In this document: piece after piece, positions 1-9,296 of the stretch | How positions within the stretch are numbered: position 1 is the stretch's first letter | Layout of the letters: each line of letters begins with the position of its first letter | Virus record (IMG/VR): IMGVR_UViG_3300020442_002322 | Coordinates: 1 to 64,000 of that record | DNA from: a virus | DNA length: 64,000 bases | Reading direction: 5' to 3' (one strand) | Made by a program: the position numbers and the translations under genes | The notes under the pieces: generated by a model | The model's database searches: none | What the model saw: the letters and a program-made list of their open reading frames with translations, nothing else | Told to the model about the DNA's origin: nothing

Positions 1-1
1 C

Positions 2-445
2 ATTCCGCCAAAGTGGGATGAAACAAAGTATACTATTGATAATTTTACAGGTGTTACATATAGGTATTATAAAGATTTACAAGATATGGAACCAATCAAA
101 ACAATAAGAGAACAATTAAATTTTCCATATCTTGATTACACAACTACTCAATTATTAAAATTTCCGCCTCATAATGGTCCAACCATACATAGAGATACAG
201 AACGCCATACTGCAATACTTTTTCCAATTTATACAAACGAAAAATACGAACCAATTAAATTTTATCATGACGATACTTCAGAATGGTTTGAAGTAGATTA
301 TCATGACCAAGTTATTGTGTTTGATGCAAAAGTTTTACATGCTGTAGCAAACAAAAAAGATAATAGGTTTAGTTTACAGTTTGATTTTAAAGAACCCTAT
401 GCAGAAGTGTATAAAAAATATTGCGAAGGAGAATTCTTTGCTTAA
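2..445 (+). CDS. Fe(II)/2OG-dependent oxygenase-like (cupin) protein, 5'-truncated by the window edge
   Basis: Frame is open from position 2 (IPPKWDETKY...DMEPIK), upstream of the ORF-track start at 86. HxD (IHRD) plus distal His in FDAKVLHAV, and RFSLQ in the last strand, fit the DSBH facial triad. Confidence 0.65.
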   Translation: MPPKWDETKYTIDNFTGVTYRYYKDLQDMEPIKTIREQLNFPYLDYTTTQLLKFPPHNGPTIHRDTERHTAILFPIYTNEKYEPIKFYHDDTSEWFEVDYHDQVIVFDAKVLHAVANKKDNRFSLQFDFKEPYAEVYKKYCEGEFFA

Positions 446-2618
446 CGTTTTTGGAGTACAACTTGCATCGAACTATCATGTTACCTTACCTGTCAGTTTA
501 GGTACACTATGGGCTTATTTGTCTACAGTAAAAGATGTGTATAAACATCTTAATCTTACAGGCTGGGCTGTATATCATGCACCTGATAGTAGCGTATTAG
601 ATTTATTACCAGATGTTGACAAAAATGGTGAACCAGATGTTGTGCTTGTAAGTTTGTATATGTGGAATAGGAACAGGTCAATAAAACTTACAAAGGCAAT
701 AAAAGAAAAGTATCCTAATGTAAAAATTATTGTAGGTGGTAACGAAGTGCCACAAGACCCTGAACGCTTTGAGAAGTTTGTAGCAGATAATCCTCAGTTT
801 GATTATTATGTAAACAGCGAAGGAGAAGTTGCATTAGAAATGATGCTAAGAGAAATCCTTAAAGAAAAAAACATTTACAAATCAGATTACTACAATGATT
901 GTTTTCATAAAACTAAAAATGGAAAAGTAATAAGTAAACAAAGCACAAGAAGATATTTAAATCACAAAGCAGAACTAGATTATCCAAGTGCTTGTGCTAT
1001 GGGCATATTTGATGATCTAATTAAGTCCTTTCCTAAAGACATACAAATACAAGGTGTTTTAGAAACAAATAGAGGTTGCCCTTATACTTGTACTTTTTGT
1101 GATTGGGGGCTAGAAGAAAAATTAAGACGTTTTAGTATGAAACGCATCAAAGATGAAATAGATTGGTATGTGGGCAATGTTCATGAAATAATGCTTTCAG
1201 ATGCTAACTTTGGAATTTTACATAGAGATTTAGATATTGCAAAATATCTAGTCAAAGCAAAACTAAAACACCCTAATCCTAAACTGCATACCACAGCAAT
1301 TACGTATGCAAAAAATAATAAAGAACGTGTTTTACGAATTGCTGAAATATTAGAAAAGTTTGATTTCAGTAGAAGCGGTGCAACATTTAGTTTACAAAGT
1401 TTGCATACACCTACATTAGAAGCAATACGCAGAGATAATCTAAGTATTACCAAAGATTTTGAATGGATTGCTAGAAATTTTATTGCTAAAGGTATTCCTT
1501 ACTACCACGAAATGATTATGGGAATGCCATTAGAAACTAAAGAAAGTTTTCTAAGTGGAATTAGTAAATTACTTCAATTTAATCCTCTAGAAGTAAATGT
1601 ATATAAACTTGCATGGCTAGAAAACAGTGAAATAAGTTTAGCAAAGCACGAAGATATTTACAAACTAGAATGGGACGAATTTGAACAAGGCCCTAGTCCA
1701 TATGCAGATGAAAAAGAATACGCATATATTATTGGTAGTACTAGTACAATTTCACGTAGTGATATGAAATACATTAGAGATATTAGAGACTTAATCCAAA
1801 TACTTTGGCTCGGCAGAACTATATTTTACATTGGCAGATACATGCAAAATGAATATAATATTGAAGCATGTGATATGATTGAAAAAATTGTTGATTGGTT
1901 TAATACAAAAGGTGACAAAGAATTTTTTGATACACTTATGGCAAGCAAAGAAGACCTAAGAGATGAAAAATATAATGTGCCATTATGGTTTCCATTTCAA
2001 AAAGACAAATACAAATTCCATAGATATGCAAATGCATGGTTGTATATACACGGCACAAAAGAAAGAAAAAATCATTTTTACAATCAAATAACACAATTTT
2101 TTCTCGATACATATAAACAAGTAGATAAAGATGTATTATTAGATCTAATACATTTTAATAAGAATATTATGATTGATGGCGAACAAAAAGATTTTATTAC
2201 TAGTTTCAAAACAAAATACAGCTGGATTGATTATTTTACAAATCATGATTTAGAAAAATTAGAAACAACATACAATGCAAAAATCGAAGTTGCAGGAAAT
2301 ACTAAAGTTTCTAAAGGTTCAGTAGATAGAGATATTTTTGTTTATTATATTGCTGGCGGACATGAATTTATGTTTAACAAACAGAACGCATTTTATTATC
2401 CTGAAGGTACATATACAAATCAAAATGGCAGTCACGATTACATAAGTAGAATAGGAACATTCTATCCTGCAAATACATATTTTGAAAGTGCTGAAGATAT
2501 TATAGATAGTATTATGGAAGAAGATGATATTGACATCAAAGATTATAAAACAAATGCTACACTAAAAATCTTAAAGAACATTAACCAAGAAAATAATCCG
2601 TTCAAAGTTTCTGCTTGA
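438..2618 (+). CDS. Cobalamin-binding radical SAM enzyme (class B methyltransferase-like)
   Basis: ETNRGCPYTCTFCDWG (CxxxCxxC). N-terminal B12-binding-like segment (SLYMWN...IIVGGNE...SEGE), DANFG and MIMGMPLET. Likely TTG start at 438 with AAGGAG at 426-431 (ORF track starts at 381). Confidence 0.85.
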   Translation: MLNVFGVQLASNYHVTLPVSLGTLWAYLSTVKDVYKHLNLTGWAVYHAPDSSVLDLLPDVDKNGEPDVVLVSLYMWNRNRSIKLTKAIKEKYPNVKIIVGGNEVPQDPERFEKFVADNPQFDYYVNSEGEVALEMMLREILKEKNIYKSDYYNDCFHKTKNGKVISKQSTRRYLNHKAELDYPSACAMGIFDDLIKSFPKDIQIQGVLETNRGCPYTCTFCDWGLEEKLRRFSMKRIKDEIDWYVGNVHEIMLSDANFGILHRDLDIAKYLVKAKLKHPNPKLHTTAITYAKNNKERVLRIAEILEKFDFSRSGATFSLQSLHTPTLEAIRRDNLSITKDFEWIARNFIAKGIPYYHEMIMGMPLETKESFLSGISKLLQFNPLEVNVYKLAWLENSEISLAKHEDIYKLEWDEFEQGPSPYADEKEYAYIIGSTSTISRSDMKYIRDIRDLIQILWLGRTIFYIGRYMQNEYNIEACDMIEKIVDWFNTKGDKEFFDTLMASKEDLRDEKYNVPLWFPFQKDKYKFHRYANAWLYIHGTKERKNHFYNQITQFFLDTYKQVDKDVLLDLIHFNKNIMIDGEQKDFITSFKTKYSWIDYFTNHDLEKLETTYNAKIEVAGNTKVSKGSVDRDIFVYYIAGGHEFMFNKQNAFYYPEGTYTNQNGSHDYISRIGTFYPANTYFESAEDIIDSIMEEDDIDIKDYKTNATLKILKNINQENNPFKVSA

Positions 2619-3282
2619 ATTCTGTAACACCTAATCCTATTTTATTTTGATTATCAAATCTAGGATCGTTCCATTCTTTTTTTATCTCTTTAGGAAAAGG
2701 TATAGTAGTATATTCTAAATTTTCTATATTGCTATAATAATCATTGTTAGGTTGCCATGGGGATCCAATACAGACTGTTAATTTTATATCATTGCCTGTG
2801 TTTGTCATACCGTGAGGATGTGAACCATTTATTACATATGCATCTGTTTGCGGCTCGTAGTAATGTTTGTTACTGTTTTCGTCAAAGAAATATAGTGTGC
2901 TTTCTTTTTTACCTTTGACTACCCATCTAAATTTGTGTTGCATACCGCCAACTTCATCTGGTGCACTGTCAACATGATCATTTAACATTTCTCCAGGTTT
3001 TGTTTTTATCACTGTAACATTTCCTACACCACCAATATATGGAAAAATGTAATCTCTTAATGCTGTAACACATGCAGAATCTTCTGCTAAATTTGGATTA
3101 AAACTAAATTGTTCAAACCAACCCACATCCGGTCTAGCATTATATAAACTGCACATCCATGCTCCGTGAAACTTAATCCAATACCAATCATCTTCAGGCA
3201 AAGATAATATTTCGTCAGCAACTTGTTCTTTGTTAGGAATATTTAGATTTACAAGATCCATGTATGTGATTATTCTGTCCAT
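2602..3282 (-). CDS. Fe(II)/2OG-dependent oxygenase-like protein (Asp/Asn beta-hydroxylase-like fold)
   Basis: LNDHVD (HxD) and NGSHPHGMTN distal His. Confidence 0.65.
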   Translation of the reverse strand: MDRIITYMDLVNLNIPNKEQVADEILSLPEDDWYWIKFHGAWMCSLYNARPDVGWFEQFSFNPNLAEDSACVTALRDYIFPYIGGVGNVTVIKTKPGEMLNDHVDSAPDEVGGMQHKFRWVVKGKKESTLYFFDENSNKHYYEPQTDAYVINGSHPHGMTNTGNDIKLTVCIGSPWQPNNDYYSNIENLEYTTIPFPKEIKKEWNDPRFDNQNKIGLGVTEFKQKL

Positions 3283-4058
3283 TCATACTCCTTGCCACAA
3301 TTTACTCTGTATAATAATCTATTAGGATTGTCTGTGGGCGGACGTCTATGTTGTGTAAACAAACTTTCAGTAATAAAAAGATCTCCTTCGTCCCATGTAT
3401 GTTTATATATAGGAACCTTTCTAAACTGTGCTTGCAACATTTCAAAAAGGTATGTGTTGTGATTTGTTCCTCTGATTTCTGTACAAAATAAATGTGGAAA
3501 AAATAATCCTTCTTTACCTGTAGGATCTTTTATTACAAGTTTCTTCCAGTTAGTATGTGGTTTTATTAAATCTTCTAAATCGTTTTGAAAGACATCATGA
3601 TTGAAATAAAAATTTCCTTCTGCGTTTCTAAGTCTTTTTTTATCTTGTTCTGAAAGTCTATCCCATACCATGTTATTACTTAGATACTCCTGAGTGCCGT
3701 TATCTAAATTTTCTATGCCTTGAAACATTATGAAGGGTGCTAATTTTTTGTTTACACAATTATCACTGTGCCATCCTACTTCGCCCGATTTACCCATACG
3801 TCCTTTAGGTGAACCATCTTCATACTTTTGTCCTGTAATTTGGCCTACATAATTACATTCAGGATGGTCTACAGGACTAGCATCTGCAACATTGCCTAGT
3901 TTATGTGCAATGTCATTTATTGTAGACCAGTGTGTGTCTAACTTTTTAAGTACAACAAAGCCATTTTCCCAAATTAAACTTTCTAAATCTAGCCAAGGAT
4001 TATCTATTTCGTATTCTTCTATTTGTAGTCCAAAAGGCTCTAATTTTTTCAATTTCAT
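3270..4058 (-). CDS. TauD/TfdA-family Fe(II)/2OG dioxygenase
   Basis: N-terminal LEPFGLQI, GFVVLK, GWHSD (HxD), HTWDEGDL...TQHRR and RLLYR match TauD family motifs. Confidence 0.8.
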   Translation of the reverse strand: MKLKKLEPFGLQIEEYEIDNPWLDLESLIWENGFVVLKKLDTHWSTINDIAHKLGNVADASPVDHPECNYVGQITGQKYEDGSPKGRMGKSGEVGWHSDNCVNKKLAPFIMFQGIENLDNGTQEYLSNNMVWDRLSEQDKKRLRNAEGNFYFNHDVFQNDLEDLIKPHTNWKKLVIKDPTGKEGLFFPHLFCTEIRGTNHNTYLFEMLQAQFRKVPIYKHTWDEGDLFITESLFTQHRRPPTDNPNRLLYRVNCGKEYEWTE

Positions 4059-4618
4059 TGTTTATTCTCTACTGTTGTTACAAGATGTATTCTTTGTTCA
4101 AAACTACCATTAAATGCAGTATGTGGTTGTGTTGTATCAACCCAATACAATGTTCCTTCGGGCATATGTACAGTTTTATTATCCCATACCATCATGCAAC
4201 GTTCGTTAGTAATAATAGGTATGTGTAATCTATATGTACTATCTTGATGCCATGTTAAACATGTTTTAGGCTCCATTAGTAGTAGTCTTGTTCTACCAAT
4301 AGTGAATTTATTTTGAAGATCTACAAGTAAATCGTATAGGTATGTGCCTTTGAGGTCAGGCACAATTTTATTAAAATCCTTTTCTGCTACTTTGTTTTTG
4401 CGAGGGGGAGGATTTCCTTCACCATCCCAATTTTCATAATCCCAATCTAAACTGCCTACTGCATCTAGATATTTGTTTTTAGATTTTTCGTTAGCATACG
4501 TTACACCTAATTGTGTTTTAAATACATGAGAAAATAAATCTCTATTTTCAAAAAGTAAAACTGTTTCAGTTTTAAGTCGTTCTATATCAATTTTGTAATT
4601 TATAATTTGCTTGTACAT
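4055..4618 (-). CDS. Aspartyl/asparaginyl beta-hydroxylase-like 2OG oxygenase
   Basis: RTRLL..PKTCLTWHQD...RLHIPIITN...VDTTQPHTAFNGS..RIHLV. Confidence 0.8.
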   Translation of the reverse strand: MYKQIINYKIDIERLKTETVLLFENRDLFSHVFKTQLGVTYANEKSKNKYLDAVGSLDWDYENWDGEGNPPPRKNKVAEKDFNKIVPDLKGTYLYDLLVDLQNKFTIGRTRLLLMEPKTCLTWHQDSTYRLHIPIITNERCMMVWDNKTVHMPEGTLYWVDTTQPHTAFNGSFEQRIHLVTTVENKQ

Positions 4619-5043
4619 TATTGTGGGACTACTGTTATTTCTTTTATAGAGTGGGGTTGTTGTAATACCCAGTCAACTATTCCTACTGCATATTCTAAAG
4701 ACATTTTTTTAACTTCCTTGTCTTTTTGACTTTCAGTATCAATGTGTCCAAAATTTATACACGTAGTTTTAATTCCATCTGAAAACAATTGATGGTTTGC
4801 TTCTCTTAGTGCTTTCTTTTCAACTGCATATTTAAAATTAAAAGTATAATCACTTGCATGTGATCCTATGTTTATTATTTGTTTGCCTAACTCTGCCGCT
4901 TGGTACAAAAGTTCTACTTGATTAAATCCATCATGTTTACAATTAATAAAAATATCACAATCTTCTAATTTATTGACAGTGCCATATTTGTCCAGTAATG
5001 CTTTTCCTAATCCTCTTCTAGTGCCTGTTATAAAATACTTCAT
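4618..5043 (-). CDS. Minimal short-chain dehydrogenase/reductase (SDR)
   Basis: ITGTRRGLG (TGxxxGxG), IINIGS, YAVEK (YxxxK), INFGHIDT. Only 141 aa. Confidence 0.75.
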   Translation of the reverse strand: MKYFITGTRRGLGKALLDKYGTVNKLEDCDIFINCKHDGFNQVELLYQAAELGKQIINIGSHASDYTFNFKYAVEKKALREANHQLFSDGIKTTCINFGHIDTESQKDKEVKKMSLEYAVGIVDWVLQQPHSIKEITVVPQ

Positions 5044-5690
5044 GTATATTCTCCAGCAAAACGCAAACTTAAACCTATTTTGTGATCAGTAATCATACTA
5101 CCAGTGCAATGTATAAATTTACTATCAAAAATAATAATATCGCCTGGAGCAAAGTCTATAGCATGTCCTGTACAACCATAAAACATTTTTTCGTCTCTAT
5201 ATTCGTGTTGTAAGTAATCATTATAAAACTTTTGATCAATAGGATTATTTGTTAAACCTTTCACGTCTTTATCCTCACTAATATAAGTTGTGCTTGTGTT
5301 AGTTTCAAACTCTTTGCTTATTTTTATATCACCCATATATGTTCTAGGTGTATATTCTGTAACATATTGATCAAAAATAATAAATTTTTGTGGGCCTTGC
5401 ACATATAAAGGCACGAGAACATTTACACAAGGATAACCGCCATGTGTGTCAACATGTGGAAAGTAAGGAAAGGTATGTTTGTAAATGTTATCGCCAAGAT
5501 TAAGAGAAGTATCTACGTGTGGCGAAATAATACTATCTAAATTTTTTACAGTATCGAATGACCAAGGTTGGTTAAGTTTTTCCCAACCATTGTCTTGTTG
5601 TTGAATTAGGTGTCTATATTCATTATAAAAATCAAGAATAGATTCAATATGCTCGTGTGATAGAACATTTTTTAGAATTTTGTACTGCAT
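5040..5690 (-). CDS. Fe(II)/2OG oxygenase-like protein (paralog of 9289-9978 and 11758-12495)
   Basis: PHVD...NVLVPL...FDQY...PGDIIIFDSKFIHCTG. Confidence 0.6.
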   Translation of the reverse strand: MQYKILKNVLSHEHIESILDFYNEYRHLIQQQDNGWEKLNQPWSFDTVKNLDSIISPHVDTSLNLGDNIYKHTFPYFPHVDTHGGYPCVNVLVPLYVQGPQKFIIFDQYVTEYTPRTYMGDIKISKEFETNTSTTYISEDKDVKGLTNNPIDQKFYNDYLQHEYRDEKMFYGCTGHAIDFAPGDIIIFDSKFIHCTGSMITDHKIGLSLRFAGEYT

Positions 5691-5695
5691 ACAAG

Positions 5696-5702
5696 TACTT
5701 AT
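5696..5702 (-). promoter_or_regulatory. Putative late promoter ATAAGTA, 5 nt upstream of ATG
   Basis: Same TAA(A/G)TA motif as upstream of the structural genes, resembling the T4 late promoter TATAAATA. Confidence 0.5.
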
Positions 5703-5722
5703 CGTACAGTATAATCAACAAA

Positions 5723-6370
5723 TTACTTTATGAAAGTAGTTTCTATTTCTTGCTTGGCTTTTGTAGGAAAAACAAAGTCTGACTTATGATGAACACGTCT
5801 ATTCTTATCAACATTTTTGAATCCTACACCCATAAGTAATTTAATAGGATTTTTTGCACCAATAGTTTCTGCAATATCGTTTTCATTAAAACATGCACAA
5901 CACCCTGTACCGTAACCTAGCATACTAGCAGTTAAATTTACGTAACCTGCCGCAATACCTATAGCCATAAACCTATCTCTAGCTAAAACATCTTTTTGTT
6001 TTTGAGTGATTTCATCATTGTCATGTGCAAGCAATTCGTCATTCCTAAACACTGTATCAGTGGTATGTCTATCAATGTAATCTTCTTCTTCAAATGCAAT
6101 CAATAAATTTGCAAGAGTTTGACTATTTGTTTCACTACCGCCTGTTTCGTAGTTTGTAAATCCTGCTGTTTTATCGTGAACTGATTCGATTACGTCTCTA
6201 TTTGTGATAAAATGAACTTTGTAAAATGCAACATTTTGTTTGCTAGGACACTGCGTTGCCGCATGTACTATTAAATCTAAATCTTCTTGTGGAATTTCTT
6301 TGTTAAGATCCCAGTTACGTTGGCAGTGTTGACTTCTAATAACTGCTTTTTTGATTTCGGTGTGTTCCAT
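5723..6370 (-). CDS. Nitroreductase-fold flavoprotein
   Basis: RSQHCQRNWD, AATQCPSKQN, IGIAAGYVNLTASMLGYGTGCCAC, LMGVG. GGAGG SD upstream. Confidence 0.75.
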   Translation of the reverse strand: MEHTEIKKAVIRSQHCQRNWDLNKEIPQEDLDLIVHAATQCPSKQNVAFYKVHFITNRDVIESVHDKTAGFTNYETGGSETNSQTLANLLIAFEEEDYIDRHTTDTVFRNDELLAHDNDEITQKQKDVLARDRFMAIGIAAGYVNLTASMLGYGTGCCACFNENDIAETIGAKNPIKLLMGVGFKNVDKNRRVHHKSDFVFPTKAKQEIETTFIK

Positions 6371-6390
6371 GTAATACCTCCCCTGTAAAG

Positions 6391-6397
6391 TATTTAT
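6391..6397 (-). promoter_or_regulatory. Putative late promoter ATAAATA
   Basis: GATAAATAC overlapping the upstream stop codon, ahead of the GGAGG SD of 5723-6370. Confidence 0.5.
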
Positions 6398-7506
6398 CGC
6401 TTTACTTTTGGGATCTTACTATCTGCTGAACTTACACAACTTTTTGTTATACACGTTTTTGGTTCTTTAAATAGGTTAAAACCTGTTTCGATGTTGCCAA
6501 GAGGTGCATCGTGGCAAGAATAACTCCTTTTTACCGAACCGTCAGGCTCGCGTATTATTATTCCGCTGTAACCGGCGTTACACCGCCATCCTTCAAAATT
6601 GTTGAAATTAAAGGCATTAAAGCGTTCTGCTTGGTCCATATACCACTTCTTGCCTTTAGAGTCTTTTAACTCTACTTGCATGTGCCATGGCACACTAGCA
6701 TCGTTCTTACCTTCTACTCCTTTAGGAATTTGGAATGTGGGCTTGGGCCTTTCTTCCCACTGCCTTTTGCTTTCTGTGTAGGCTCGCTGTGGCATTCCGT
6801 TCCAGAGTCTTTCGAGTTGTTCTTTTGTGTATCCTTCAACGACTCGTGATGCAGTTGGATCAGACTGGGGTTTGAGAGTAACGTTAATGCCTCTGGTATG
6901 GAAGTATAAGGCATTCCTCCAGTCTCGTTCAAACCATTCTGGAACCATAACCATATTGATCGTAACTTGGACATCATGTTCTTGACATAGGATGAGTTTA
7001 TTTGCAAACTCTTCCATCCTTTCAGTTGTATTTACATGTTCTGTATGTAAACTAGCAGTTATGCTGGCTCTATGAAATGGCTTTGCATACTCTACATACT
7101 CTTCAAACCATTTCATAGGTCTGCTACAGTTGCTTGTCATGTGTATGCTTGTATAGTTTGTATTTGGCACATCATCTGCCAAATGCTTTAGTATGTCCAA
7201 GTATCCAGGATGGAAAGTAGGCTCTCCTCCCGACAAGGAGAAGTGGAAACTGTTAAAACCGTTGTCTCTGGCTTGACGTTTAATTTCATCCACTGTAAGC
7301 AAGCAGAGCTCGGTAGGACGGTGGTCTTTACGATCACTTCTTGCGTAAGGCCAGCAGTAGGAACATCTGTAGTTGCAGAACCTTCCAAGTAGCCATGATA
7401 CAGTAAAAAGATCACGATAAAGCAAAGTCCGTTGACCCACACTAACAATGTCGTCAAAGGGAATTTTTGTAAAATCGTAATTACTCCATTTTAAATCTTC
7501 AGTCAT
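6394..7506 (-). CDS. Radical SAM protein with C-terminal Cys-rich (SPASM/Twitch-like) domain
   Basis: CNYRCSYC, SGGEPT, TSN, C-terminal CNAG...SC...CITKSCVSSAD. Confidence 0.88.
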   Translation of the reverse strand: MTEDLKWSNYDFTKIPFDDIVSVGQRTLLYRDLFTVSWLLGRFCNYRCSYCWPYARSDRKDHRPTELCLLTVDEIKRQARDNGFNSFHFSLSGGEPTFHPGYLDILKHLADDVPNTNYTSIHMTSNCSRPMKWFEEYVEYAKPFHRASITASLHTEHVNTTERMEEFANKLILCQEHDVQVTINMVMVPEWFERDWRNALYFHTRGINVTLKPQSDPTASRVVEGYTKEQLERLWNGMPQRAYTESKRQWEERPKPTFQIPKGVEGKNDASVPWHMQVELKDSKGKKWYMDQAERFNAFNFNNFEGWRCNAGYSGIIIREPDGSVKRSYSCHDAPLGNIETGFNLFKEPKTCITKSCVSSADSKIPKVKR

Positions 7507-7512
7507 GTTGTT

Positions 7513-7541
7513 ATAATAACACCTTGTACTAGATTAGTCAA
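7513..7541 (-). promoter_or_regulatory. Sigma70-type promoter TTGACT-N17-TATTAT (extended -10), probably leaderless
   Basis: On the minus strand: TTGACT aatctagtacaaggtgt TATTAT aacaac ATG. Confidence 0.55.
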
Positions 7542-8640
7542 CCATAAGTGGCTGTATATCTCTTGTTTTTTCATAAAAAATTTGTTTAGCGTCTTTAATA
7601 TCTTTTGCTTTAGGACTACACATACCACATCCGCAATAAAATTTAGGGCATTTTATTACAGGAAAATTTCCTGTATCAAACTGTTTTTGGAATTTAGATA
7701 TAATACTATCAAAATTATCAGCATTACCTATAGGTCCTATTTCTCCATCTAAATTTACTTTACAAGTTTGATGAAAATATACTTGATTGGTTTCACTATT
7801 GATGTATAAGAAGTCCCAATTAACCATACAATGCCAACCATTAAAGTTGTTATTAGAAACATATTTTTGTTTTTTCCATATATCATTATTTTTTACATTC
7901 AAACACTTTCCGTTACAACATGGTCTTCCTATAGTCTGTGATGATGTTTTTTTAGTAGCCATTGCCATAACGCTATTAGGCAAAACACTCCAATCTTTGT
8001 TAAAATATCTTAATTGCTCCGGAGTATATTCATGAGCATGACCTTTCTCAACATCTTGCTTGTTAGAACTATCACCAATTGGTCTAGCAATCGATTTAAT
8101 GCCCAATGTTTTACAAAGTTTCACAACATTTTTACATTCGTCAAAATAGTCTTTATGAAACATTACATTAACAGTCACAGTAAAATTATTATCAACCATT
8201 GTTTGTAAGTTATCTAGTACAAGTTCCTTTTCTTTTATACTTGCTTCTGGATGGTAACTTATTGTTGCACTATGTAAATTTTGAATAATTTTCACACATT
8301 TGTCTTCAGAGTAGCAACCATTAGTTGTAACATTTGTTTTAAGGAAAGGATAGGTTGTTTTACAATATTCAATAAAATCAAAAAATCCAGGATGTACAGT
8401 AGGTTCACCTCCTGTAAAATTTAAATCCACAACTTTATGTTGGCTTCTAAATCTATTTAATAGATAGGTATACTGGACTACTCCATCTAATGTTTTTTTT
8501 AAAGATTCAAAATTTATAATAGGACTAGTTTTATTGCTACGGTGAGGACCACAATAACTACAAGCATATGTGCATCTTCTACCTAAGTCCCATACAACAT
8601 GAAATCTTTCGTTTGCTGTATGATTGATTGCGGATAACAT
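7534..8640 (-). CDS. Radical SAM protein with C-terminal Cys-rich domain
   Basis: CTYACSYC, FTGGEPT, TTNG, C-terminal CPKFYCGCGMC. Confidence 0.88.
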   Translation of the reverse strand: MLSAINHTANERFHVVWDLGRRCTYACSYCGPHRSNKTSPIINFESLKKTLDGVVQYTYLLNRFRSQHKVVDLNFTGGEPTVHPGFFDFIEYCKTTYPFLKTNVTTNGCYSEDKCVKIIQNLHSATISYHPEASIKEKELVLDNLQTMVDNNFTVTVNVMFHKDYFDECKNVVKLCKTLGIKSIARPIGDSSNKQDVEKGHAHEYTPEQLRYFNKDWSVLPNSVMAMATKKTSSQTIGRPCCNGKCLNVKNNDIWKKQKYVSNNNFNGWHCMVNWDFLYINSETNQVYFHQTCKVNLDGEIGPIGNADNFDSIISKFQKQFDTGNFPVIKCPKFYCGCGMCSPKAKDIKDAKQIFYEKTRDIQPLMVD

Positions 8641-9296
8641 TATACAATAATTTTTTCGTATTCCGCTTTTGGATATGATTCTTTGTAATTTTTATTATTA
8701 AAAATTCTATGGTCATCTAATAAAGGATACCCTACGCCAAACATTACGGATAAGTCATCCTTTTCTACGCCCCAGCCTGATGTCCATTCATCTGGAATAA
8801 TATCATGCCATATGCATCCACAAAATCCAGACCTCATACCTTTCATATTTGCGGCAATACCAATTGCACTTGCCGCCAAGCCAATTTCTAAATTTTTATC
8901 TATTCTCCATTGCTTAGGTGTAGGATCAGTTCCTCTTTCTCTATTGCGTCTGCGTTCACTAGTGCGTTCATTTTGATTAACAAAAAATAAAAAAAGTAGA
9001 TTAGCATCAGTTTGGGGATTTTGAAATATACCTTTGTCCATTAAGGCTTTTGTTTCAACACCTACATTTCTAATTGTATCATCAGAATTACGTGCTACAC
9101 TAGCCCATTTACGTACTTCATCTCTGTCTTTTATACAAACAATTTTAAAACTATTTAAATTTTGCTTTGTAGGAACATTGTATCCTGCTTCTAATAAAAA
9201 ATCAATTGTTTCGTTATCTATTACTTTAGAATAATCCCAATTACGTTGACAATGTTGAAAGTTTTCAATGATTCCTAAATATTCTTCATTATTCAT
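8640..9296 (-). CDS. Nitroreductase-fold flavoprotein
   Basis: QHCQRNWD, PTKQN, NPQTDANLL, IGLAASAIGIAANMKGMRSGFCGC, FGVGY. Confidence 0.75.
   Translation of the reverse strand: MNNEEYLGIIENFQHCQRNWDYSKVIDNETIDFLLEAGYNVPTKQNLNSFKIVCIKDRDEVRKWASVARNSDDTIRNVGVETKALMDKGIFQNPQTDANLLFLFFVNQNERTSERRRNRERGTDPTPKQWRIDKNLEIGLAASAIGIAANMKGMRSGFCGCIWHDIIPDEWTSGWGVEKDDLSVMFGVGYPLLDDHRIFNNKNYKESYPKAEYEKIIV

Noticed and set aside
6714-7457. Two same-strand alternative-frame ORFs inside a radical SAM gene, suggesting overprinting or frameshifting
   Set aside because: The main ORF is intact, and the locally higher GC reduces stop frequency.
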